From: a virus
Taxonomy: Duplodnaviria > Caudoviricetes
Length of the DNA stretch: 37,156 bases
Strand: one strand, 5' to 3'
Virus record (IMG/VR): IMGVR_UViG_3300029183_000015
Coordinates: 1 to 37,156 of that record
The position numbers were made by a program, and so were the translations under genes. A model generated the notes under the pieces. The model was not told where the DNA came from, did no database searches, and saw only the letters and a list, made by a program, of their open reading frames with translations. This document shows positions 1 through 8,892 of the stretch, one piece after another (the first letter of the stretch is position 1; the number at the start of each line of letters is the position of its first letter).

Positions 1-17
1 GTTTCCCAGTCACGATC
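1..17 (+). other. SISPA/random-PCR primer remnant (GTTTCCCAGTCACGATC); library artefact
   Basis: Matches the widely used SISPA/Round A-B primer tag; its exact reverse complement is at 37140-37156. Confidence 0.95.
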
Positions 18-48
18 CGGTGGTGCTGGTGCTGGCAGTCCCGAAGGT

Positions 49-570
49 GTGGAAATTGCAGGGCCTATCGGCACAAAAATCGCCAAGATGAAGTATTACA
101 AAACTTGGCATCGTGTACCGTCGCGAGTTATCTTCGATGCTAACGGACTCCCAGCACGGTTTATGTCATTATCGTTTGCCTCTGACAATGTGATGCTCGG
201 TAGCGTCAACCGCAACGATATTTTCGGTTGTCTTCCCGGAACACTGCTTTTAGAAGGTGTGGAGATACGTAGACATGCAACACCGTACCTGCTCTCAACA
301 CCTGTTTACCGTATTCCGTTTGGTCATCATTCTGAGTACGATGTCACGCTTCACATGGAATACTTCGACCCACCACGTGGTATCGACAGAAACACTGGAA
401 ACCGGATTTTCGAACGTGGCCATAACCTTGTTCCGTGGGCCCGTGATAATCTGTGGTATCCCGCTGAGACCATTCGTGTTGTCCCGCCACTTATCGTAGG
501 TGATCCAGCGGTGCGTTTACCCATCTTCCTAAACAACTACTTTGAGGAAATGTTCCAACCGATCCCATGA
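49..570 (+). CDS. Probable virion structural protein, 5'-truncated
   Basis: Frame is open back to the adapter; ATGA overlap with the downstream tail-like gene. Confidence 0.55.
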   Translation: MEIAGPIGTKIAKMKYYKTWHRVPSRVIFDANGLPARFMSLSFASDNVMLGSVNRNDIFGCLPGTLLLEGVEIRRHATPYLLSTPVYRIPFGHHSEYDVTLHMEYFDPPRGIDRNTGNRIFERGHNLVPWARDNLWYPAETIRVVPPLIVGDPAVRLPIFLNNYFEEMFQPIP

Positions 571-2465
571 TCCGTCCGGGCCCTATCATCATCACCGAAG
601 CTGCGAAGATTAATCGTTCGATTGCTTTCACCGAAACGATTAGTAGGCAGTCTCCGACCGGATATCCGGAAATCTATTACAACAACACCTACGGTGATTT
701 CTTCAATCTCGATGAGGGTGTTGAGAACCAACCGTTTTATGCGCAAATTGTTGCTGGGCCTGTTGGCACGTACTACAGCTGGGAAGAAATCGACATGGTC
801 GATGGGAGTCCCGTCTACCACGAAGGACTCAGAAGCGGGACTGACACACTCTCGCCAGCACACCCCAAAGACCCCGCACACGTCGCAATAGCCGGTGATA
901 TTGTCTTGATGCAGTTCGATCAAGATCAGGACGTGGTGGGGCCTGTTTATTCTTTCATTCCAGCATCAAGCACTGGCGGTGGTGGGAGTTTTATACTTAC
1001 AGTAAGAGAGTCCGATCTTTCACCGTCTCTTGTCAGTATTTCCACGATTACGTTTGATCAGTCTGTTGGTCTTAACGTGACCGCTGGAGCTGCTGGAGAA
1101 GCTGTCATTTCTTGGGGAATGACAGTTCGTGAGGTTGATCTAAATCCTATCTACACCGACATCAACACGATAGAAACGGAAAATTTAACTCTTACCAATC
1201 CTTCTCTTGGTGTTGCAAGGATTACGAATCCAGGACTCACAGTAAGAGAGTCCGATCTTTCGCCGTCCTTAACGGATCGATTTACGCTTACGATCAACCA
1301 GGCTACAGGCTTGTCGGTTTCCGCTGGCGGTGCTGGTGAAGCAATAATTACGATGAACCTCACAGTACGTGAGGTTGATCTTGCTCCATCACTAACTCAA
1401 ATTAGCACGATTTCCTTCGATCAGACAGTAGGACTCAATGTCACAGCGGGAGCTGCTGGAGAAGCTGTCATTTCTTGGGGAATGACAGTTCGTGAGGTTG
1501 ATCTAAATCCTATCTACACCGACATCAACACGATTGAGGTGAACCAAGCGGACGGACTTTCTGTTACTAATCCGTCCGCTGGCGTTGCAAGGATAAATTT
1601 TACTGCGCCTGCAACAAGTGAGAAGTGCGATTGTTGTAATCTTCGTATCACAGGTGATTCGAGTTCTTCAATTCCCGATACTAACCCCGGAACAGCGGTA
1701 GATACTTTATACTTGCATCGACATGACGGAAGCTATGTCTCGTTGTATGACGGTACAATGTGGGGAAACCACGAGATCGCCGATCCTGCTCTCGCGATTT
1801 CGATCACCGATAACGGCCAAGCGGGTGGAACAGCAGTTGCGGCGGACACGAGATTTTATTTATACATCTATGACAATTCCGGGACGATTGCGGCTGAATG
1901 TGTTACGACAGCTCCGGTCGAACTTGACGGTCGGCTAGTGAAAACTGGAGATAACACAAAACGATTGGTTTTTGAGGGATCGACCGGATCGACTGCGGGC
2001 GAGATGGAGTTTTCTGAACAACGGTGGATGGGGGCTAATTATTGTAATCCACTCAAACGTTGTGTCTGTGTATCGAATTTTGCAATTCACTCGATTACTA
2101 CTGCGGACGGATTGGATTTTTGGGATTCAGCTGTTGCTACTGCGGACGATTCCAAAGCAGAGTGGTATGATTTAGGTCGTCACTACGCTGTTGTACATTT
2201 GAACGGGAGATTAAAATCTGACTCTCATCAATCAGGTGATTTGACAATGCTCGGTGTTGGTGTCAACACAGAGACATTGATTTCTGTTGATCCTCCGCTA
2301 GCAACAGATGGTGATTATCTGTTTTCGGCGGGTGTTAGTTATTGTTTGGGCGCGAGTTCAATAACAGTTGGAATGAACTACGTACAGGTCATGGAAGAGA
2401 CAGAAAATTCGGTAGACGGCGGAACATTAGAAGAATTTTCTATGTATGTGGAATTTCTTGCATAA
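567..2465 (+). CDS. Tail fibre/receptor-binding-like structural protein with five ~40-aa repeats
   Basis: 632 aa, Thr/Ser/Gly/Asp-rich; repeats of the form [LM]TVRE[SV]DLxP...G[EV]AxI; distinct C-terminal domain. Confidence 0.65.
   Translation: MIRPGPIIITEAAKINRSIAFTETISRQSPTGYPEIYYNNTYGDFFNLDEGVENQPFYAQIVAGPVGTYYSWEEIDMVDGSPVYHEGLRSGTDTLSPAHPKDPAHVAIAGDIVLMQFDQDQDVVGPVYSFIPASSTGGGGSFILTVRESDLSPSLVSISTITFDQSVGLNVTAGAAGEAVISWGMTVREVDLNPIYTDINTIETENLTLTNPSLGVARITNPGLTVRESDLSPSLTDRFTLTINQATGLSVSAGGAGEAIITMNLTVREVDLAPSLTQISTISFDQTVGLNVTAGAAGEAVISWGMTVREVDLNPIYTDINTIEVNQADGLSVTNPSAGVARINFTAPATSEKCDCCNLRITGDSSSSIPDTNPGTAVDTLYLHRHDGSYVSLYDGTMWGNHEIADPALAISITDNGQAGGTAVAADTRFYLYIYDNSGTIAAECVTTAPVELDGRLVKTGDNTKRLVFEGSTGSTAGEMEFSEQRWMGANYCNPLKRCVCVSNFAIHSITTADGLDFWDSAVATADDSKAEWYDLGRHYAVVHLNGRLKSDSHQSGDLTMLGVGVNTETLISVDPPLATDGDYLFSAGVSYCLGASSITVGMNYVQVMEETENSVDGGTLEEFSMYVEFLA
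996..1604 (+). repeat. Five tandem coding repeats, including a perfect 86-bp direct repeat (1086-1171 = 1449-1534) and a 23-bp repeat (999-1021 = 1239-1261)
   Basis: Direct nucleotide comparison of the copies. Confidence 0.9.
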
Positions 2466-2475
2466 GAGGTTTTCG

Positions 2476-2880
2476 ATGGCAGTTCTTGTACAGGTTCGCG
2501 CAGATGTTTATCTCGGTGCAAACGCCGTTACCACAGATGGCGTTTCAGGGGAAGCTCTCGATCAAGCAACTCCGATTTATCTATCTAATGGCAAGTATTA
2601 TAAGTGCGATAACTCAGACGCGACCAAGTCGGCGATAACAAAGATTGCTGTTACAAAAACGACAGGAGCCGATCAAAAAGTTGTCATTTTGACTTCGGGT
2701 GATTTTCATCCTGGCGCTGCTGTCGTAGCAAATGAGTTGTATATTGTCTCCTCAACTTCTGGTGGAATCGAAATACTATCAGATCTTCAATCAGGGGAGT
2801 ATCTTGGTGTTGTGGGGTATGGTGTTTCTACCTCGTTGATTCGCTTCGCTCCGTTTATATCGGGGGTGGCGAAGGCTTAG
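2476..2880 (+). CDS. Small virion structural protein (cement/decoration-like)
   Basis: AGAGGT RBS before ATG 2476; 134 aa, small-residue and beta-rich (GEALDQATPIYL...YIVSSTSGGI...GVVGYG), a pattern typical of phage virion genes. Confidence 0.55.
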   Translation: MAVLVQVRADVYLGANAVTTDGVSGEALDQATPIYLSNGKYYKCDNSDATKSAITKIAVTKTTGADQKVVILTSGDFHPGAAVVANELYIVSSTSGGIEILSDLQSGEYLGVVGYGVSTSLIRFAPFISGVAKA

Positions 2881-2886
2881 ATTGTA

Positions 2887-3534
2887 TTAGTTTTCTTCGA
2901 TCTCCATCAAACCAAAAGCCAGCAATTCGTCCAAAAGCCAGCATCCTCTTACGTGGTCTGGGCTATTGCAGTGCGCCAGTACGCGAACATCTTCACAATC
3001 AGCATCTTGTAAAACCTCTGAGAGCATTGGCATGAGCTCAAATGATCTTTTTTCGTACATTGTTTTTGCCAATGCCTTGACTCCCGGATAATGCGCAAGT
3101 GCGTACCTACCGTAAAGGTAAACTGGATTTATCACATCGTCTGCTACTCTCAAAATTTTCTCGTGTTCGTTTTCATCAAGTGACTGCGCAACACACTCGA
3201 TTACCGCCACTGTAAAATGTGTTTCTGACGGATGAAATAATTCGGAGTTCATCAGAAGGTGAACACAAGCTCTTGCGATTGGGCTATTTGACTTGTGTGA
3301 CATGTCCTCTTTTTGCAGTATGGCGTGTTCGTGACAAAGAGACTGTATTCTTTGGAGCTCGGCATTTGTCGTGTACTCTCTGTCAGCACGCAGTTCGCAG
3401 AACTCAACTGCGTACCGGTAGACATCGCTAAGCTCATCCCAGACCAAACGCAAAAGACCACAGCAAAGCATCATTTTCTTACGGTACTTTGGTGGTCTTT
3501 CGTTGATTTTGGTAATCAGTTGCGAAACACTCAT
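2887..3534 (-). CDS. Planctomycete (Gemmataceae)-type conserved protein
   Basis: C-terminus ALAKTMYEKRSFELMPMLSEVLQDADCED..LAHCNSPDHVRGCWLLDELL resembles the recalled Gemmata family motif ...RAFDRLPILADALQDAGC...HVRGCWVVD. Confidence 0.7.
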   Translation of the reverse strand: MSVSQLITKINERPPKYRKKMMLCCGLLRLVWDELSDVYRYAVEFCELRADREYTTNAELQRIQSLCHEHAILQKEDMSHKSNSPIARACVHLLMNSELFHPSETHFTVAVIECVAQSLDENEHEKILRVADDVINPVYLYGRYALAHYPGVKALAKTMYEKRSFELMPMLSEVLQDADCEDVRVLAHCNSPDHVRGCWLLDELLAFGLMEIEEN

Positions 3535-4049
3535 CGTCCATATCCGTGCATGTTCATTGCTGGTTGTACGCCAGTTTCTTTCGTGGTTTTTTTGCGAAAG
3601 TCGATCATGTCGGCGATTTCGATTAGCTTTGTTGCTAACTCTCTCGCGTCATTGGCATCTAGCTCAATATCGCAGTTGTGGCATTTAATCTCCAGTGTGT
3701 TGAGATTAAGCTGTAGGTCGTCTTCTCCACAAGCAAAACATCGCATGTCCACGGGTTCGTACTCCTCTTGTAAAAATTCATCTTCTTCATCGGAAAGCCA
3801 GTTTTCGTGCATCTGGGCGTAGCGTTCATCTCGCTCTTTAGTGTGTTGTTCTTCCTGCTTTTTGAATCTCAAGTAGTCACTTCTTGCACGAAGGATCATA
3901 ATGATATGACAAAATATGGTCATTGAGACGCAGAAAGCACCTTCACTTGGTATTCCGTCTCTGATAAAAATTGGCACGCTGAAAAACACGTTGACGGGCA
4001 GAGCTGCTACGAGAATCCAAAACAGGATTCGGTTGTTGGTAGACATCAT
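3531..4049 (-). CDS. Membrane protein with two TM segments and a C-terminal Zn ribbon
   Basis: Two N-terminal hydrophobic helices; CFAC-x14-CHNC; ATGA overlap with the downstream gene. Confidence 0.6.
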   Translation of the reverse strand: MMSTNNRILFWILVAALPVNVFFSVPIFIRDGIPSEGAFCVSMTIFCHIIMILRARSDYLRFKKQEEQHTKERDERYAQMHENWLSDEEDEFLQEEYEPVDMRCFACGEDDLQLNLNTLEIKCHNCDIELDANDARELATKLIEIADMIDFRKKTTKETGVQPAMNMHGYGR

Positions 4050-4167
4050 TTATTTGATCCTCTTCCAAATCACGAACGCGGAATTTCAGCTCGATAAAAC
4101 ACAAGATGCCAAATAGAAACACTGCTACCGGCACCATCCACAAGTGGAATCCATCTAACATTTGCAT
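3943..4167 (-). CDS. Small membrane protein
   Basis: Single hydrophobic stretch; ~100-nt overlap with the next gene lowers confidence. Confidence 0.4.
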   Translation of the reverse strand: MQMLDGFHLWMVPVAVFLFGILCFIELKFRVRDLEEDQINDVYQQPNPVLDSRSSSARQRVFQRANFYQRRNTK

Positions 4168-4289
4168 TTTCCTTTGTGAAAACGGTTACACTTTCTACAA
4201 AACTTGCCTTGCCATTTCGTCCACCACCAAAGGCAGGCGAGGACAAGAAATAACACAGCAATGAGGTAAATTGCAAAATGACCCATCAC
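4155..4289 (-). CDS. Small membrane protein with Cys/His-rich tail
   Basis: GTGA overlap; TM helix followed by CRKCNRFHKGKCKC. Confidence 0.5.
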   Translation of the reverse strand: MMGHFAIYLIAVLFLVLACLWWWTKWQGKFCRKCNRFHKGKCKC

Positions 4290-4498
4290 ATCCTCTCTGC
4301 TACCAGTTTGACTGCTTCTTTGTGAATTCGCCTTACTACTTCTTGGGCCCAATCAACCGTATCCAACGTGCTTTTCATGTAGTCAATGGCTTGCGCAATA
4401 CATTGGGGCAGTTTGTCTTCACGCCATCTTCCGTTACGCTCGTGGAAGTCGATTTCTTTACAGCACTCAATCACAAGCTCGGTGGGGATTTCTTTCAT
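4286..4498 (-). CDS. Hypothetical protein
   Basis: Start/stop overlaps with both neighbours. Confidence 0.55.
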   Translation of the reverse strand: MKEIPTELVIECCKEIDFHERNGRWREDKLPQCIAQAIDYMKSTLDTVDWAQEVVRRIHKEAVKLVAERM

Positions 4499-4944
4499 TT
4501 GACTACTTCTGCCTGTTTCAAAATAGATACAAGTTCTGAGTGTACGTCCTCTGCGCTATCTTCAATGGCAGTACAGTAGCCGCAAAGTAGACTGGTCAGT
4601 TTCAATAGTTTTCTCTCTGCATCGGGTATCTCGGTAGTTTCTTCTTCCTTGACTTCGTGATTCTCGTCTTTCTCGACGAGCATTTCGCAAAGCTCATTCA
4701 TGCTTCGTGAACACGAATCTTGCACGGTTAAATCTGGTGGCATTGCGTAGATGACGTTTCGCAGCGCGTGTAGGTACGTTTCTAAATCGTCTACATTACC
4801 GGCTTTTACCTTGTCGTGAAGCTCGATCATCACATCACGGATATTGTTGGCTCTAGTCTCAGACATCAGTCTGTTTATCTCCTTACGTAGATTGTGGTTC
4901 GTGTGCGTCATCAGCTGCATTTGATACTGTATCGATGACCCCAT
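4495..4944 (-). CDS. Hypothetical helical protein
   Basis: 149-aa ORF in a co-directional operon. Confidence 0.6.
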   Translation of the reverse strand: MGSSIQYQMQLMTHTNHNLRKEINRLMSETRANNIRDVMIELHDKVKAGNVDDLETYLHALRNVIYAMPPDLTVQDSCSRSMNELCEMLVEKDENHEVKEEETTEIPDAERKLLKLTSLLCGYCTAIEDSAEDVHSELVSILKQAEVVK

Positions 4945-5314
4945 CTCTCAAATTCTCCGGTAGGTCTGGGTTGAATTCGATTTTGTGAATGTTCAGAATT
5001 TGATGTACCTGATTTGCCATATCGCCGTTAAGTGCAATCGCTTCTGCGTTGAAAAAACAACAAAGCTGAAACAACTCGGCAAAGTTGGTGTAGGTAACTT
5101 CCACAGCTGTTACCGCATCGGGAATTTCCACATAATCATTGCCGCGCTGCATAGGCAATCGGTGAGGGTGAAGGTAGTACAAAATCAGAGTCTTTCCGTG
5201 TCTGCCTTTGTCGTCTGGGTCTTTCAGTCTGACGTGGACGAGCTTGGCAACACCTCTTGCATACTTGGTGTACTCCTCTAAAAATTCATCAAAACTAAGT
5301 TTCTGAACTACCAT
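4883..5314 (-). CDS. Hypothetical protein
   Basis: 143-aa ORF in the operon. Confidence 0.6.
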   Translation of the reverse strand: MVVQKLSFDEFLEEYTKYARGVAKLVHVRLKDPDDKGRHGKTLILYYLHPHRLPMQRGNDYVEIPDAVTAVEVTYTNFAELFQLCCFFNAEAIALNGDMANQVHQILNIHKIEFNPDLPENLRDGVIDTVSNAADDAHEPQST

Positions 5315-5741
5315 TTTCTGTATCCCCTTTCAAAATATCGTAGATTTTGGTTTTCAGAATCCGGTGCGTTTGCTGCTGTGAGAACAACTCGTCTTGCACT
5401 CGCTGGACTTCTTCTTTATTTTTGACGTTTGCTTTGAGTTGTTCCAAATGATGCAAGATGAACATTTGCAACGGGTAGCAACCATCAGGCACATCATCTT
5501 CGTGGTAAAGTCCCGTTGACATGTCAGTAGTCAAAAACGATTCACTGACATCGGATATCCTGTTCTGGAGTTTTTGCAGCTGCATTTCTTGGTTGTCAAG
5601 TTTTGTATCACATGTCATCGTCTGTTGTAAAATCTCTGTCAGACTGTCTGCGAAATTGCGAAACGCCATGCAGAAAATCCAAAAGCAGACTAACTGTACA
5701 ACCAAGATTCCAATCACGATACCTAAAATAGCTGCAAGCAT
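5295..5741 (-). CDS. Membrane-anchored coiled-coil protein
   Basis: AGGAG RBS; N-terminal TM helix followed by heptad-like sequence. Confidence 0.6.
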   Translation of the reverse strand: MLAAILGIVIGILVVQLVCFWIFCMAFRNFADSLTEILQQTMTCDTKLDNQEMQLQKLQNRISDVSESFLTTDMSTGLYHEDDVPDGCYPLQMFILHHLEQLKANVKNKEEVQRVQDELFSQQQTHRILKTKIYDILKGDTENGSSET

Positions 5742-5780
5742 CTCTACTCCTTACTACACCAATTTTGGTAGTCACTCAGG

Positions 5781-6368
5781 CTACAAATTGATAATTTCTT
5801 CCGCATCAAACTCTTGCTCAGCTGCGTTTGTGATGATAATGAACTGTATCCCAAGCTCGTCTGCTAGCGTCCGGAGCATCTGAGAAATCTTGTCTAGTCG
5901 TTCTTTGCTCCTCACGTGTTTGAACGCTTCATCTAAAATCAGAACCTTTCGCACTGGTGGGTTAGCGCACATCATTCGCGCTAACCGCAAACCAAAAGCA
6001 CAGATGTCGGCCACACCTCCGGCTTGCTCGTTCAATATATCATCGACTTCGATTCCATCTGATGTGAGAATCATTTTTGAGCCAGTAGCGTTTTTCTTGG
6101 TTTGAAACTCGATTCTAAAATCCATGTCTTCTGAGAAAATTGACTGAAGACATTTCGTTACAATGCGCGCGATCTTGTGTTGAATGTGGACTTGCAATTT
6201 AGCAGCGATTTGCTTCAGAGCTTCTCTAGCGCGTGTGTGGACTTCGATTTGATGTGTGTGGTGTGAGAGACTCTTTTTCGCATCGGTAAGCTCGCTTGCG
6301 AGTCTCTCTTTCTTCGCTTCTAATTGGTAAATTCGTTTTTGGGTTTGCTCTATTTCTTGGTATTCCAT
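5781..6368 (-). CDS. Rad50/SbcC-like ATPase, C-terminal half (stand-alone gene)
   Basis: Coiled coil, variant signature EQAGG, Walker B LILDEAF, switch region FIIITN; no Walker A; likely start ATG 6368. Confidence 0.8.
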   Translation of the reverse strand: MEYQEIEQTQKRIYQLEAKKERLASELTDAKKSLSHHTHQIEVHTRAREALKQIAAKLQVHIQHKIARIVTKCLQSIFSEDMDFRIEFQTKKNATGSKMILTSDGIEVDDILNEQAGGVADICAFGLRLARMMCANPPVRKVLILDEAFKHVRSKERLDKISQMLRTLADELGIQFIIITNAAEQEFDAEEIINL

Positions 6369-6517
6369 ATCGGCACGAGTTTCCACTCGCCTTTCTCTTT
6401 GGTTTTCAATTCGGAGCGGTCGTACTGCAAAGAACAACCGCCAAACCCCGTGAACAGCCATAAAAGCGCAATCAAAATAGTTAAGGCAATTTGCCACGGG
6501 AGTTTGACTTGGAACAT
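6350..6517 (-). CDS. Small lipoprotein-like protein (55 aa; not in the ORF track)
   Basis: MFQVKLPWQIALTILIALLWLFTGFGGC...; starts 3 nt after the upstream stop. Confidence 0.5.
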   Translation of the reverse strand: MFQVKLPWQIALTILIALLWLFTGFGGCSLQYDRSELKTKEKGEWKLVPIWNTKK

Positions 6518-6519
6518 TG

Positions 6520-7071
6520 TTAGTATCCTTTTTGCACTAAGACTAAATCGAGCAGGTTGAGTTCAGCGCCTGCCTGAGCAGTGACGTTGTACGCATCGAC
6601 TGATTCATCGTAGCTACTATCAGACAAATCCTTTGCGTCGTTCGCAAACAGGAATGCTGACGTGTAATCAGGTAAAGCGTAGAAATCATTGGCTAGAATC
6701 TCAGAGATTTGAGCATCGTCTAAGAACGTTTTCGCGTCAACCAAAATCGATTCTGCTTCGTCGAGAAATCCCTGAGAAGCATCAATGAATTCTTGGCAGT
6801 CGTCGATTAGTTCTTGAGTCAACACTCCCGCTTTCTTTGCTTTCTCAAAACGCTCGACGTAATCATCGTGAACGTCTTGATAACCTGATTGGTAATTGCT
6901 ACTCTGTGTGTACTTGTCGATTGATCCCGTCACTGGTGGCATTCCGTTTGGATCACCTGTTAGTGACAGGTTCATGTCTTCAAGTGCTTTTGTCGCTTCC
7001 GCCTTCGTGTTCGCCAAAACCATAGGCGGGAGCATTAAAAGGATTGATAGAGCGCACGCTAATCGCGTCAT
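6520..7071 (-). CDS. Secreted acidic helical protein (paralogue of 7128-7736)
   Basis: Signal peptide ending VLA; shares motifs with its neighbour. Confidence 0.7.
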   Translation of the reverse strand: MTRLACALSILLMLPPMVLANTKAEATKALEDMNLSLTGDPNGMPPVTGSIDKYTQSSNYQSGYQDVHDDYVERFEKAKKAGVLTQELIDDCQEFIDASQGFLDEAESILVDAKTFLDDAQISEILANDFYALPDYTSAFLFANDAKDLSDSSYDESVDAYNVTAQAGAELNLLDLVLVQKGY

Positions 7072-7127
7072 AAAAACACCTTTCAGTTAGGGAGGCGGTC
7101 TTGCCTCTGGTTCAAAAAATAGTGAAA

Positions 7128-7736
7128 TCATTTTGGGTATCCGTATTTGTTTAGAACTGCCTCAACCGCTGATAACGCAGTTGATGCGTCCTGAAAGTAG
7201 TCGGTGAGTTTCTTGCCGTCGTACACGATGATCGATTTTGTGTATTCGATTTTTGCACGGTTTGCAAAAAACTTCGCAGCTGCATAGTCTTGCATGACAA
7301 CAAATTCAAAATGCGCAAGTTCTAAATCGTCATCACCGGTATCGATGTAACCATTTGCTAAATCAATCTCATTTTGAGAGCTTAATAGCGCAGCATCAGC
7401 TTTGTTCAGCTCTGATGTCATTGTGTCGATTTCTGCTTGTGTGAATTTGACCCCTGCCTCTTCTGCGTCATTCCAAGCTATGATGTAGTTAAGATATATT
7501 GTGTCGTAGACGCTTTGGGTTTTCTCTTGCGCTTCTTTCGCTCCTTCGGCGCTTTCTTGTTTGTCTTCTGCTTCGGAAATCGCAATCGCAGCTTCGGTTT
7601 CAGCATCAGGCGCAGCAATCGCTACTTTCGGTGTCAAGGCCATGTAAAGCGCAGGCGCGGTTACAAAACACATTGCCATCACCAAAGCAACAAGCAACTT
7701 CGGCACGGTGAATTGACGTTCGATAAATTTCTGCAT
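7128..7736 (-). CDS. Secreted acidic helical protein (paralogue of 6520-7071)
   Basis: GGGAG RBS; signal peptide/TM then AIA; shares motifs with its neighbour. Confidence 0.7.
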   Translation of the reverse strand: MQKFIERQFTVPKLLVALVMAMCFVTAPALYMALTPKVAIAAPDAETEAAIAISEAEDKQESAEGAKEAQEKTQSVYDTIYLNYIIAWNDAEEAGVKFTQAEIDTMTSELNKADAALLSSQNEIDLANGYIDTGDDDLELAHFEFVVMQDYAAAKFFANRAKIEYTKSIIVYDGKKLTDYFQDASTALSAVEAVLNKYGYPK

Positions 7737-7931
7737 ACGTTCTCCCTTGTTTACAAGTTCACGTTTTCTGGTGCGTTTTCGGCTTGTGGTTCGTTATGGC
7801 CCAAAAGAGCTTGTGTGTATTTGAACATTATGGACTTGTGTTTTGCCGTGGCCGCGCGTGAGCATGGGTGTTTCTGGTAGTCGTTCCAACTCTCTCCGTA
7901 TTCCGGGCCACCGATCATAACCAAATCGTGT

Positions 7932-8447
7932 TTACTGAGCTTTACTCCTATTTTCAACTTCTCGCCAGAGTTCTTTTGCTCGTTGCTCTTGGTCTTCGTC
8001 AATTCCGATCCATCCTTTGATAAGCTCATCTAACACCTGTTTCGCGTACTTTTCGTTGACGTTGTCTTTGTTGGTGTGTTTGCCCACTGCCTTCCTGAGA
8101 GTAATCTCATTCAGCTCTCGCATCAAATCCACAGCCTCTTCCATCTCGTCTTCTTTGATGCCGTCAAGAATTCTGGTTTTGTAGTTGCCTTTGTGTATTC
8201 CTGTATCACGCTTCATCTTCTCAATCGTTTTGGACACGTCGGAGAAATCTTCCAACAGTTTTTTATTAGCCTCTCTTCTGGTGGGAAACCATTCCATTTT
8301 GGGGTCTGGGTCGTGATCTTTGTCTACTTCGTAGAAACCATCAAACTCTTTGCTTGGCGTGATACATCCATCTGGAACGTCACGGACTACAACTGGCCCC
8401 AGATACCCATCACCTGTTGCGTCCATCTTTATTCCGTAAATTTTCAC
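7932..8447 (-). CDS. Hypothetical protein
   Basis: 171 aa; GTGA overlap with the MarR gene. Confidence 0.6.
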   Translation of the reverse strand: MKIYGIKMDATGDGYLGPVVVRDVPDGCITPSKEFDGFYEVDKDHDPDPKMEWFPTRREANKKLLEDFSDVSKTIEKMKRDTGIHKGNYKTRILDGIKEDEMEEAVDLMRELNEITLRKAVGKHTNKDNVNEKYAKQVLDELIKGWIGIDEDQEQRAKELWREVENRSKAQ

Positions 8448-8884
8448 TGCTCCAAATCCTCTTGGATAAGATCACGAATGGTCAAAATATCTATGTTTTC
8501 TGATTCCATCACAGCTTCTACCATTCTTTTTTTGATTCGTGCTAAAAAGGCAGTACCTTCTTGTGTGATCTTTACGTCGATTTTGCGTTTATCAGCGGGG
8601 TTGATGTGGCAAGACACCAGTGGAGTTTTCTGGGATTCCAAACCTCTAACAATTCGCGACATCTGGGCAGGCAGAGTGTTGATTGCTTTTTGGATATCGC
8701 TCACAATCATAGTCCCGTTTTTCTCCAAAATATGAAGTGTCACGAACGAAGCATGAGTCATCTCCAAGATAAGAGATTCCATGTTGATTTGGGCAAGCCC
8801 AAAGTAAAAATCAACAACAGCTTTCGATGATTTTTCCAGTGGAGTTTCTACGGTTTGGGTGGTTTGTTCTTCTTGCGCTTGCAT
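8444..8884 (-). CDS. MarR-family winged-helix transcription regulator
   Basis: LPAQMSRIVRGLE recognition helix and NPADKRKIDVKITQEG wing (DxR motif); AGGAG RBS. Confidence 0.85.
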   Translation of the reverse strand: MQAQEEQTTQTVETPLEKSSKAVVDFYFGLAQINMESLILEMTHASFVTLHILEKNGTMIVSDIQKAINTLPAQMSRIVRGLESQKTPLVSCHINPADKRKIDVKITQEGTAFLARIKKRMVEAVMESENIDILTIRDLIQEDLEQ

Positions 8885-8892
8885 AAGTTCTC

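Noticed and set aside
1086-1534. 86-bp repeat as a diversity-generating retroelement TR/VR pair or CRISPR repeat
   Set aside because: Copies are identical with no adenine-specific mismatches, both are in-frame coding, and no reverse transcriptase or spacer array is seen
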